This document shows, in pieces, positions 1 through 11,510 of a stretch of 64,000 nt of DNA. The notes under the pieces are model-generated. The model ran no database searches, was not told where the DNA came from, and was given only the letters and a program-made list of their open reading frames with translations. The position numbers and the translations under genes were made by a program. The first letter of the stretch is position 1, and each line of letters opens with the position of its first letter. The stretch comes from Chiloscyllium plagiosum (taxonomy: Eukaryota), in contig NC_057718.1 of NCBI RefSeq assembly GCF_004010195.1, positions 6,876,474-6,940,473 on the forward strand, given 5' to 3'.

Positions 1-325
1 TAAGGGGTGGGGGTGGGGGGAATGTAGGTGGGAAGGCAATAGGTGGATGCAGGTGGGGGATGATAGTGCTAGGTCAGAGAGCAGGGTGGAGTGGATAGGT
101 GGGAAGGAAGATGGGACAGGTGGGACAGGTCAAGAGGGCAGTGCTGAGTTGGAGGGTTGGATCTGGGATGAGGTGGGAGGAGGGGAGTTTTGGAAACTGG
201 TGAAGTCAATGTTGGTGTCGGGTGGTTGGAGGGTCCCAAGGTGGGAGATGAGGCATTCTTCCTCCGGTCGGCGGGTGGCTTGGATTTGGTTGTGGAGGAG
301 GCCCAGGACTTGCATATCCTTGGGC
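1..325 (-). mobile_element. Penelope-like element 3' fragment (end of GIY-YIG endonuclease region plus 3' UTR), cut by window edge
   Basis: Minus-strand translation KDMQVLGLLH...TRRPEEECLISHLGTLQPPDTNIDFTSF resembles the C-terminus of vertebrate PLE ORFs and is followed by a C-rich 3' region. Confidence 0.75.
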
Positions 326-879
326 TGAAGAAACTTCAGATGTGTGCCATGTAATGCCGCCCAGTGAAGGATTCTGCAAGTGGCCCTAAAAAGCTGAAGT
401 GTTGAAATGCGGAAATCACACTGCAAATATTTACACAAACAATCACAAGACTATCTGGGCATGCAGAAATGCATGGGAATGGGAAACAGTTTAATTGAAC
501 CAAAAGTGTGAGCCCGTCCAAGTATTTTCACAACAACAACTTACATGGGGTTTGTGCCAGAATAGTTAATACATCATGAATACCATTGGAGAGTGGACTC
601 TGCTGCATGCCAGTGAGACATGTTGGAATTGCCTTAATCATAAGATTTATAAGCATAGATTATACTGACACCTGAAGTTTACAACATTTTCCTTTTGAAC
701 AGTTGCTGTGTTTAATGTTTCCACAGTATTTAGTCCACTTCTGCATCCAGCTCATGGAGGCAGGGTTGTCCCTGAGGAGCTAACCTCAATCAGAGTTTGC
801 ACAGCCTTGGAGAGAGGGCACTGTCACTATCAGAGAGAGGGATTAAAGCAACCTCTGATCAAACTACTAGGCTGCCCCA

Positions 880-2262
880 TAGTTGTGTGTGTGCATGAGT
901 ATTGGCATATGTATGTATGTGTGTGTGTGTATGTATATGAGTGTGTATGTGCACGTATGCGGGTGTATGTTTGTAGGCATATGTATGTGAGTGGATTTAT
1001 GTGTGGATATATGCATGTGTATGTGTGCGTGTATGAGTGTGTATGTGTGCATATATGTGTGCATATTTGTGTGGGTGTGTATGTGTGTACATGTGTACGT
1101 ATGTGTGTGTATGTTTCTATATGTGTTTAAATGTATGTATGTGTGTGTGGGGGTGTACATGCATATAGATGTGTTTGTGTATATGTGTGTGTGCATATAT
1201 GTCTGTGTGTGCCTGTGTGCATGTGAGTGTATGTTTGTGTGTGTGCAAATGTGTACGTATGTGTGTGTATGTATATGTGTGTGTACATGTGTGCATGTGT
1301 GTAATCGTGTGTGTGCATATGTTTGCATTTGAGTCTGTGTGNNNNNNNNNNNNNNNNNNNNNNNNNNNNNNNNNNNNNNNNNNNNNNNNNNNNNNNNNNN
1401 NNNNNNNNNNNNNNNNNNNNNNNNNNNNNNNNNNNNNNNNNNNNNNNNNNNNNNNNNNNNNNNNNNNNNNNNNNNNNNNNNNNNNNNNNNNNNNNNNNNN
1501 NNNNNNNNNNNNNNNNNNNNNNNNNNNNNNNNNNNNNNNNNNNNNNNNNNNNNNNNNNNNNNNNNNNNNNNNNNNNNNNNNNNNNNNNNNNNNNNNNNNN
1601 NNNNNNNNNNNNNNNNNNNNNNNNNNNNNNNNNNNNNNNNNNNNNNNNNNNNNNNNNNNNNNNNNNNNNNNNNNNNNNNNNNNNNNNNNNNNNNNNNNNN
1701 NNNNNNNNNNNNNNNNNNNNNNNNNNNNNNNNNNNNNNNNNNNNNNNNNNNNNNNNNNNNNNNNNNNNNNNNNNNNNNNNNNNNNNNNNNNNNNNNNNNN
1801 NNNNNNNNNNNNNNNNNNNNNNNNNNNNNNNNNNNNNNNNNNNNNNNNNNNNNNNNNNNNNNNNNNNNNNNNNNNNNNNNNNNNNNNNNNNNNNNNNNNN
1901 NNNNNNNNNNNNNNNNNNNNNNNNNNNNNNNNNNNNNNNNNNNNNNNNNNNNNNNNNNNNNNNNNNNNNNNNNNNNNNNNNNNNNNNNNNNNNNNNNNNN
2001 NNNNNNNNNNNNNNNNNNNNNNNNNNNNNNNNNNNNNNNNNNNNNNNNNNNNNNNNNNNNNNNNNNNNNNNNNNNNNNNNNNNNNNCTGTGTGTGTGAGT
2101 GTGTGTGTGTAAGTGTGTGTGTGTGAGTGTGTGAGTGTGTGTGTGTGTCTGTGTGTGTGTGTGAGTGTGTGTGTGCGTGTGAGGTGTGTGTGTGTGTCTG
2201 TGTGTGTGTCTGTGTGTGTGAGTGTGTGTCTGTAAGTGTGTGTGTGTATGAGTGTGTGTGGT
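880..2262. repeat. Degenerate (TG)n/(TATG)n microsatellite spanning an assembly gap (N 1342-2086)
   Basis: Directly visible. It generates the spurious HT/CV-rich ORFs. Confidence 0.97.
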
Positions 2263-3127
2263 TGGGGTGGTGACCATCTCAGCAATTTCCACAATGAAGC
2301 CACAAAAGGCCAGTTAATGGCCTGATTCTGCAAATGTTGATGCCTTGGGAATGCTCATGGCAATTTCATTCAACAGGAGGAAGCTGTCTCAGGTCTCAAA
2401 ACACTGTCGAACCGAATGGGAAAAAATAATCTGCACCTTTTGAGATGAATTACTATTGGTGCGTGATAGCCTCACAACAAGCAGATCTGGAGATATTACT
2501 AATTTCACACGTTGCAACAAATTCTTCAACTGTCTTCCAAGTGGAGATGAACTTTCAAAATCTGTGATCAAGTACTCTTGATACTACTGCCACCAACTGA
2601 GTACACTTCCTTTGATACCACCAATTCTGCTGTTCAGAAGCAGTAGCAACACAATGCAGTCTGTTTCACAATCCGTGACTGAACCATACATCCAACAGGA
2701 TGGGAGCAAGAATGGGAGGATCCCATGGCCAGGGAAAAGAACATTTCAGCAGCAGCACGGATGTCAGAGGACATCCTCAGGTTGAATATTTGGGATATCA
2801 AAGATCCACGAAGGTTCAGCGTGGAACAAACTGCATGTGAATATCACATCCTCAGCAAATGGGGGAAAGCAAAGAGCCCCCAAGTTCTGCTGAGACATTG
2901 AATTGCACCTAAATATTTCAATTTCATGCAGTTGACTTTCATCTGAACTAAGTCATTATTCATTTGTACAGGCATGACATAGGGGAGGATGGAATATTGA
3001 TAAACCTACAGTGTATGTTCGAAACAATTGTATTCAGTCATAGAGTCATAGAGGTGTACAGCACGGAAACAGACCCTTCAGTCCAACGCGTCCATGCTAA
3101 CCAGATATCCTAATCTAATTTAGTCCC

Positions 3128-3340
3128 GATTTGGAGATGCCAGTATTGGACTGGGGTGTACAAAGTTAAAAATCACACAACACCAAGTTATAGTACAGTA
3201 AGTTTAATTGGAAGCACACTAGCTTTCGGAGTGCCGCTCCTTCATCAGATGTTAGTGTCACCTAATGAAGGAGCGACACACCGAAAGCTAGTGCTTCCAA
3301 TTAAACCTGTTGGACTATAACCTGGTGTTGTGTGATTTTT
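3128..3340. mobile_element. Palindromic PLE-derived mini-insertion with two opposed hammerhead-bearing arms
   Basis: Arms AAAAATCACACAACACC..GGAAGCAC..TAGCTTTCGG and CCGAAAGCTAGTGCTTCC..GGTGTTGTGTGATTTTT; flanking direct repeat TAATTTAGTCCC at 3116-3127 and 3340-3351. Confidence 0.85.
3217..3251 (-). ncRNA. Minimal type I hammerhead ribozyme motif (family A)
   Basis: Minus strand reads CAU-CUGAUGA-A-GGAG(CGGCA)CUCC-GAAA-GC-UA/GUG: conserved core, stem II, palindromic AGCU stem III, stem I CAU/GUG. Confidence 0.75.
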
Positions 3341-4127
3341 AATTTAGTCCCATTTGCCAGCATTTTGCCCATATCTCTCCAAACCCTTCCTATTCATATA
3401 TCCATCCAGATACCTCTTAAATGCTGTAATTGTACCAGCCTCCATCATTTCCTCTAGTAGATCATTCCATACACGCACCACCCTCTGCGTGAAAAAGTTG
3501 CACCTTAGGTCCCTTTTCTATCTTTCACCTCTCACCTGAAACTATGCCATCTAGTTCTGGATTCCCCACCCCAGGGAAAAGACTTTGCCTATTTACCTTA
3601 TCCATGCCCCTCATAATTTTGTAAACCTCGATAAGGTCACCCCTCAGCCTCTGGCGCTCCAGGGAAAACAGCCTCAGCCTGTTTACCCTCTCCCCATAGC
3701 TTAAGTCCTCCAACCCTGGCAACATCCTTGTAAATCTTTTCTGAACCTTTTCAAGTTTCACAACATCCTTCCGACATGAAGGAGACCAGAATTGCACGCA
3801 ATATTCCAACAGTGGCCTAACCAATCTCCTGTACAGCCGCAACATGACCTCCCAACTCCTGTTCTCAATGCTGTGAAGAACAAGGTTAAATCTTGGTGGG
3901 GAGGTGCTGTATAAGGCAATTAATACCTGGAAAGGTTAATTGATGTCATAAGAAGAGTTCTGCCCATTAGGTTATTACAAACTGCTCCTGGGAGGAACTG
4001 ACCACTTCTCTGGGAGCCACAGAGAGTTGCGTGAGTCCTTGGCTTGTTACCAACTCTACACGAAACAGGTTAACATTTCAAGTCTAACATGACTCCTCTT
4101 CAGAACTTAGCTTATTTCAGCCTTCCA

Positions 4128-4242
4128 TGATTCGGAGATGCCGGTGTTGGACTGGGGTGTACAAAGTTAAAAATCACACAACGCCAGGAAGCTTCCAATT
4201 AAACCTGTTGGACTGCAACCTGGTGTTGTGTGATTTTTAACT
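4128..4242. mobile_element. Short palindromic PLE-end fragment (same family as 3128-3340)
   Basis: GGAGATGCCGGTGTTGGACTGGGG..AAAAATCACACAAC followed by inverted CCTGGTGTTGTGTGATTTTTAAC. Confidence 0.75.
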
Positions 4243-4385
4243 CAGATTTCCAGCATTTGGAGTATTTGCTTTCAACTGAAGTTCAAGTTTTGTGGTGTTT
4301 CTTCAAATGAGGTTATTGATAATTTTTTTGTGTCTTCCTGGAAATCACGTGATTGGTAGTAATGTATTATTTCATGGTGGAATAT

Positions 4386-4692
4386 GAGATTCCCTACAGT
4401 GTGGAAACAGGCCCTTCGGCCCTATAAGTCCACACCGATCCTCTGAAGAGTAACCCACCTTGTCTCATTTCCCTCTGACTAATGCACCTAATACTACAGG
4501 CAATTTCTCATGGCCAATTCACCTGACCTGCACATCTTTGGACTGTAGGAGGAAACCGGAGCACCCGGAGGAAACCCACGCAGACACGGGGAGAATGTGC
4601 AAACTCCACACAGACAGTTGCCCGAGGCTGGAATTGAACCTGGGACCCTGGTGCTGTGAGGCAGCAGTGCTAACCACTGAGCCACTGTGCCA
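4386..4692 (-). mobile_element. HE1-type shark tRNA-derived SINE
   Basis: Minus-strand head GGCACAGTGGCTCAGTGGTTAGCACTGCTGCCTCACAGC with B-box GGTTCAATTCC; CR1-like tail GGCCTGTTTCCACACTGTAGGGAATCT. Confidence 0.9.
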
Positions 4693-5044
4693 CTCTCTGA
4701 GGCTGTTTTGAAAGGTGGCAGAATTGGACAGGCCTTTGTTTTAAACAAAATCTGAAATTGCTGGAGAAATTCAGCAGGTCTAGTGACATCTGTGGAGAGA
4801 GAAACAGAGCGAATGTTTTGAGTCTGGTGACCCTTCTCCAGAACAAGCTTTTGAAAATCTGGTTGGATTGGGGAAATCCTGCTCAGAATATGGAGCCCAG
4901 CTGATCTCTTCCAGGTCTGAAAAGCAAACACTCTTGTGGAATTCTGGGTGAAATCTATTTATTTTTTCTGGAAAGAGTGATTAGAAAGAATACTTCACAA
5001 TTACAATTCCTGAGTAACCTATGTAAGATTGTATTTTGCACAGA

Positions 5045-6320
5045 TTACAGAACAGTACAGCATGTTACAGGCCCTTCAGCCCTTGATGTTGTGCTGACCT
5101 TTTATCCTACTCTAAGATCAAACTAACCTACATACCCTTCATTTTACTATCATTCATGTGCCTACCTAAGAGTCGCTTAAATGTCCCTAATGTATGTGAC
5201 ACTACGACCACCACAGGCAGTGCATTCCATGCCCCCACTCCTCTCAGTGTAAAGAACCTACCTCCCATCATCCTAAAATTATGGCCTCGCCATTTCCACC
5301 CTGGGAAAAAGTCTCTGGCTATCTATTCTATCTATGCCTGTCATCATCTGGTACACCTCTATCAAGCCACCTCTCATCCTTCTTCACTCCAATGAGGAAC
5401 ACCCAAGCTCCCTCAACCTTTCTTCAGTCCAGGCAGCATTCTGGGAAATCTCCTCTGCACCCTCTCGAAGGCTTCCACATCCTTCCTATAATGTGCTGAC
5501 TAGAACTAAACACAATATTCCAAGTGTGGTCTAACCAGGGCTTTACACACCTGCAGCATAATTTCACAGCTCTTAAACTCAATCCCCTTGTTAATGAAAG
5601 CCAACACAACATGCACCTTCTTAACAACCTTATCAACTTGGGTGGCAATTTTGAGGGATCTATGGATAGAGACTCCAAGATCCCTCTGTTTCTCCACACT
5701 TCCAAGAATCCTGCCTTTAACCTTGCAATCTCTATTCAATTTTGACCTTCCAAAATGAATCTCTTCACACTTTTCCAGTTTGAATGCCATCTGCCACTTC
5801 TCAACCCAGCTTTGCATCCTGTTAATGTCCCGTTATAAGCTACAGCAGCCCTCCAGACTATCCACAACTCCATCAACCTTATGGTCATCAGCAAACTTAC
5901 TAACCCACCCTTTCACTTCCTCATCCAAGTCATGTATAAAAATTGCAAAGAGCAGAGGTCCCAAAACAGACCCCTGTGGAACACCGCTGGTCACCCAGTT
6001 CCAGGCTGTATACCCTTTTATTCCTGATGAAGGGCTTTTGCCCGAAACATCAATTTTACTGCTCCTCGGATGCTGCCTGAACTGCTGTGCTCTTCCAGCA
6101 CCACTAATCCAGAATCCAGGCTGTATACTGTCCATCCGCTACCACCCTCTGTCTTTTATGGGCTAGCCAATTCTGTACCCAGACAGTCAAATTTCCCTGT
6201 ATCCCATGCCTCCTTACTTTCTGAATGAGCCTACCATGAGGAACTTACCAAATACCATGTAAAATCCATATATACTACATCTACTGCTCTACCTTCATCA
6301 ATGTCTTTGCCACATCTTCA
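5045..6320 (-). mobile_element. CR1 LINE RT/3' fragment, degenerate
   Basis: VTSGVPQGSVLGPLLFAIFIHDLD..SKFADD (5833-6135) and downstream CR1 motifs, with frameshifts. Confidence 0.92.
6014..6114 (+). mobile_element. PLE-derived ~100-bp insertion carrying a hammerhead motif (family B)
   Basis: CTGATGA-A-GGGC-TTTT-GCCC-GAAAC-ATC at 6024-6051; 14-bp TSD TCCAGGCTGTATAC at 6000-6013 and 6115-6128, inside the CR1 RT region. Confidence 0.85.
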
Positions 6321-7067
6321 CATTTCCCAAGAAAACAATGGACAATTAGTGAGGTGACCACGCGTGCCACAACATCAGAACAACAGACTTTGGAATATTC
6401 CACAATTTATCCATTTAACTTCAAGAATTTATTTTCCTTCAGAAAGTCAATCCCCACAGAGAAATCTGTTTTGTTCTCTCTTTTCCTGAAATTGTGCATG
6501 TTTTTATAATAAGGAGATGTTTATAATAAGCCTTACACTTTATTACAGGCTTTTGTATTTGCACATCACTGACTGTGAATGCTAACTAATAATTTTATTT
6601 TCAGTGAATAAGTTTTGCTTTGATAATAAACCAATAGATGTGTGAATTAGGAAACTTGGTTAATAGATCATCTTTGTAACTGGAAGAAGTATTTTTAATT
6701 TGATGTTGAAGTAGTGCATTTCTCTAGCCTGTCATATTATTTATAATAAATTTATTTAGTGTTAATTGAGATTGATTTGATCTTCTGTCTAAGACGTCAC
6801 ATGGATATCCTTCCAGTAACCTAGACTAATAAAGGGTAAAGAGAAAGTCACCATCATTCTACTGCAAGCACACAGTTATACTCTCTCCTTACAGAGGTTT
6901 AATTTAAGGGTCACTATACCTCAGGCGAGGTAAAAGACTGAGAAAGATAATCATTCATCACGATCTTAGCTGCTGGGAGAATTGAACCCACACTGTTGGC
7001 ATCACTCTGCATTGCAAACCAGCTGTCCAGACAACTGAACTAACCAACCGCTCCCACACTTTGTTAG

Positions 7068-7376
7068 CTGCACGGTGGCTCAGTGGTTAGCACTGCTGCC
7101 TCACTGTGCCAGGGACCTGGGTTCGATTCCAGCCTCGGGCGACTGTCTGTGTGGAGTTTGTACATTCTCCCCGTGTTTGTGTGTGTTTTCGCCGGGTGCT
7201 TGGTTTCCTCCCACAATCCAAGGATGTGCAGGTTAGCTGAATTGGCCATACTAAATTGCCCGTAGGTACATTAATCAGGGGTAAACGTAGGGGAATGGGT
7301 CTTTGGAGGGTCGGTGTGGACTTATTGGGCCAAAGGGCCTGTTTCCACACTGTAGGGAATCTAATCTAATCTAATC
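7068..7376 (+). mobile_element. HE1-type SINE
   Basis: tRNA head with A/B boxes (GGTTCGATTCC), conserved body, (CTAAT)n tail. Confidence 0.92.
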
Positions 7377-7524
7377 ACTTACACCCATAAAGAGAATTGG
7401 TGGCAGGGAATCTGGGAGAGTTCCCCAGATACTTCAAGTGAATAAGCATAAAAACAAAAGACACCAGAGAGAGAAGATTCAACAATCTAATTTACTTATT
7501 GAATGTGGGGCTGAAGTCACGTGT

Positions 7525-8145
7525 ACATAGCAACAAGAAGCAGGAGTAGGCCATCTGGCCCCTCGAGCCTGCTCCACCATTCAGTAAGATCATGGCTGAC
7601 CTTTTCATGGACTCAGCTCCACTTACCCACCCTCTCAACATAACCCTTAATTCCTTTACTTTTCAAAAAGTTATCTGTCATTGCCTTAAAGAAATTCAAC
7701 AAGGTAGCCTCAACCGCTTCACGGGGCAGGGAATTCCACAGATTCACAACCCTCTGGGTGAAGACGTTTCTCCTCAACTCCATCCTGAATCCTGCTCCCC
7801 CTTATTTCGAGGCTATGCCCCCTAGTTCTAGTTTCACCCGCCAATGGAAACAACCTCCCTGCTTCTCTCTTAACTATTCATTTCATAATTTTATGTTTCT
7901 ATAATATTCCCCTCTCATTCTTCTTAATTCCAATGAGGACAGTCCCCGTCTATGCAATCTCTCCTCATAAACCAACTCTCTCAACTCTGAAATCAACCCA
8001 GTGAACCTCCTCTGCACCCCCTCCAGTGCCAGTACATCCTTTCTCAAGTAAGAAGACTAAAACAGCACGCAGTACTCCAGGTGTGGCCTTACCATCACCC
8101 TGTACAGCTGCAACATTACCTTCCTGCTTTTAAACTCGATCCTAA
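7525..8145 (-). mobile_element. CR1 LINE 3' fragment (older subfamily)
   Basis: AGGAGTAGGCCATC..CTCCACCATTCA tail and decayed ORF2 C-terminal motifs on the minus strand. Confidence 0.8.
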
Positions 8146-8804
8146 CCAAATGGGAACATCAGATTCCCCTTCCTGAATGATAATAGTTAAACATTTGCAA
8201 ATATTCGGGAGGAATCACAGAACTTTCCCTTTCTCCCAGTTCCACATATACCTAGCTTGTTGAATTCAAATATCACATTACAATATTGTTCTCATGCAGT
8301 CCATCATCACAAGGCTACCATTCCCTCCATGAACAGAAAACAAGGAAGCTGGACAGAAAGACGGCTATGAGCTTTGTCTTTGGTGTTTTGCAGCTGTCTT
8401 CCATCAGTCCATTTTCTTCAAAGTTTATTGTGTAGCTGAAAAAAGCCCACAATCTATCCACACATCGGCATCCTGGGTGGGATATTTGTAACAGCTGTCA
8501 ATTCTCCTTCACAATTAGGTTTTAATGTCAGCAGCTGGCAAGTGGGCCCCTTTACAACTTGCTGAAACCGTGCAACTTCAGCTGAACATTCCCCCACTGC
8601 CCTGTGCTCGAATCTCGAGGGGCCATGGAAAAGCCGCAAGGCAGAGACAAGAAGGCAGAGGCAATCCCAAGTCGAAACAGTCGACACTGGAAAGGCTGTG
8701 GATTCAGGCAGCAGCTGCAGTGTGACCAACAAGAGTTAAAATTGCACATCGATGGTTTCTCTTCAGGACAGGTGCAACAATTTGCTTTTTATTCATCCGG
8801 TTGA

Positions 8805-9285
8805 TTGAATCATCCAGCACCGAAACAGGCCCTTCGGCCCAACTCGTCCATGGTTTCCCAAACTGAACTAGTCCCATTTTCCTGCTTTTGGACCCTATCC
8901 TTCTGAGCCTTTCCTATTCATATCCCCATCCAGGTGCCTTTTAAATGTTGCAATTGTACCAGCTTCCCCCACTTCCTCTGGCAGCTCGTTCCGTACATGC
9001 ACCACCCTCTGTGTGAAAAAGTTTTACACCTTTCTCCTCTCACTTTAAACCTAAGCCCAGTTTTGGACTCGCCTACACTGGGGAAAATACCTTTGCTATT
9101 CACCTTATTCATCCCTCTCAAAAACCTCTATAAGGTCACCCCTCAGCCTCTTATACTCAAGGGAAAAATGTCCCAACCTATCCAACCTCACCTTATAACT
9201 CAACCTTCCTATCTCAGTAACAGCTTTATAAATCGTTTTACATCCTTTTCAGTTTAATAGCACCCTTTTGTTTAGCAGGGCACCT
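8805..9285 (-). mobile_element. CR1 LINE 3' fragment
   Basis: MRGMNKVNSKGIFPSVGESKTG..FKVRGE motif; same family as 3036-3880. Confidence 0.85.
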
Positions 9286-11378
9286 TGCTGGTTGGAGAAA
9301 CATTAATTGCCATTCCCTAGTTGCCGTGTGAAGGTGGCATTTGATATTGCCACCAGGTGATGTTTGATAAGATGAATAATCACTGTCAGGTAGATTGTGA
9401 ACAGTGTAGCCTTGCTGTGTTAAAATAGGACTTGAAATGCTTCACCTGGAATTACACTGAATAACAGATGGATGAAATTCTCCTTATCAGGGGAGTAAAT
9501 GAGAGGAAAAACTCAGCAGAACTCAAGGGCAACTAGGGATGGGCATTAAATACTGACCAGCCAGTGATGCCCAAGTCCCACCAGGAAACACAAGAAAGAT
9601 CTGGCAACAGAGAAAGAGAATCAATTACTGTTCCAAGTCCTAAGTATGACTTCTTCAGAACTGAGAGGTGTTCTTATTTCTGTCATAATTACATTGGCCT
9701 ATGTATGACGTCTGGTATCATTGCCTGCTCCTCATACTTTACTGGCTGTTATGTTCACATATATTAGTTCTGAAGATTTGAAATATTAACTCTGTTTCTC
9801 TCTCCACTGATACCGTGAGATGGCTGAGTTTCTCCAGCACCTCTGGATTTGTTTCAGATATCCAACATCCGCGGTATTTTGCTTTGACTGTTGCAATAAA
9901 GAAGAGGTTTCTGTTCAGCACCTTCAGGTTGTAAACCCACTCCCATTCCTTCCCTTAGTTTTAGCTTTGCTTGTTACTTTCTCTGTCCTCCCTCCTTTCC
10001 CCCATCCCAGTGGGATTGTCTGTTCTTCCCAGTCTGGCAGTTAGACACACCGTTACTCTGTCATTCTCACATTCCGGTCACTTAGTCTGAACTATCAACA
10101 CCCTTTCTCCCTCAGCACTGCAACTCCCCACCCCCCAACTATTGTAGAAATGCTGCCCTCCTCCACACTTCAGTTCTGATGGACTCGAAACATTAGCTCG
10201 CTCTCTCTCCATGGATGCTGTCTGACCCACTGTGACCTCCAGCATTTATTGGTTTTAGCTTCTGTCTTGGGTTTAATTGTACTCAAATTCTGAAGAAGGA
10301 ACAATGGAAGATGCATCTGTATTTAAAATGCATGTAAGCTTTGCCAGGTCAAGAAATATCGAAGCATAAGTTTAACTCAACAAGTTGTGTCTCTGCAAAT
10401 GATATGAGCTGCCAGACTGATCAATCAGGTCTGATAAGTTTTATGTAATTGAATCTTTGCATTCACATTTGCTTCCAGCAAACTCACATTCCAATTTGCT
10501 GTATACTTTTCCAACTATCCTTCTCTTCTCAGTAGAATATCGTCTTAAACTCACAGTAATTAAAATTTCAGTGTGTGGGGTGGTGCATTTAGATATAACA
10601 TAGTGCCACTTATTCCTTGGAAAATAAGCAATATCTATAGTGATTCTCAAAGAATCATGACACAAACAAATCTAAGGAAGCAGACCAACGTCTCGCGATA
10701 AGTGGGAAGATAGTGTTTAAGGTCATAAAGTACAGAAAGCAATTTAATTCATCTCTGGAAGAATATAGTTGAAAAGAGAGAAGCAATATAAAATGTGCAT
10801 CAAGTCTCAATGAACACTTGTGGAGTTCTGTAAACAATATCAAAGCAGAGACGGAAACAGTGGAGAAACTGCAAAGGAAGATTTACAAAAGCAGCACCAA
10901 GGAAGGTTTAGAGGAGCCTGAGGGTAGAATTGAACCCAAGACCCTCTGCTGTGAGGCAGCAGTGCTAACCACTGAGCCACCATGGAGCATAGGCAGGGTA
11001 GGCCAAAACACTGATGGAAGGATCAATGAACTGGTGGCGTAGATTTAAAGTAAGGGGCTGGAGCTTTAGAGGAGATTTGAGGAAAACATTTTTCAGAATC
11101 CAGAACTCGCTGCCTGTAAGGGTGGAAGAGGCAGAAACCCTCATCATGTTGAAGGAAGCATTTAGATGTACACTTGAGATACCAGGGTGTAGAAGTCTCT
11201 GGGCAATGTGAAGGAAAATGGGAATAGAATAGTCAGGTGGTTGTTCTTGACTGGAGTGAGTGTGATAGGCCAAAGGGCTATTTTCGGTGTGAAAATCAGT
11301 GAGAAACTGGAACACAGTGAGGAGCAAATGATGCTTCAAGGAGAATTGAGTTTGATGCTGACCTCAGGAAGTATCTTC

Positions 11379-11510
11379 TAGGAGAAAGTGAGGACTGCAG
11401 ATGCTGGAGATCAGCCCTTCCTGAAGAAAGGCTCATGCCCGAAACGTCCATTCTCCTGCTCCTTGGATGCTGCCTGACCTGCTGCGCTTTTCCAGCAACA
11501 CATTTTCAGC
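11379..11510. mobile_element. PLE-derived mini-insertion with hammerhead motif (family B)
   Basis: CTGAAGAAAGGCTCATGCCCGAAACGTC at about 11420-11448; flanked by CTCAGGAAGTATCT / CTCAGAAAGTATCT. Confidence 0.75.

Larger units (their letters stand above)
3036..3880 (-). mobile_element. CR1 (HER1-like) LINE 3' fragment, interrupted by a PLE-derived insertion
   Basis: ORF 3525-3845 (LYRRLVRPLLEYCVQFWSP...LEKVQKRFTRMLPGL...RLRGDLIEVYKIM) is the CR1 ORF2 C-terminus; (CTATGACT)-type tail. Confidence 0.92.

Noticed and set aside
867..2333. Long ORFs (up to 488 aa)
   Set aside because: They are artefacts of the TG microsatellite and the N gap; the same applies to 36298-37079 and the plus-strand ORFs at 41750-42456.
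7068..7140. tRNA genes
   Set aside because: The A/B-box heads continue into SINE bodies and tails in many diverged copies; they are SINEs, not tRNAs.
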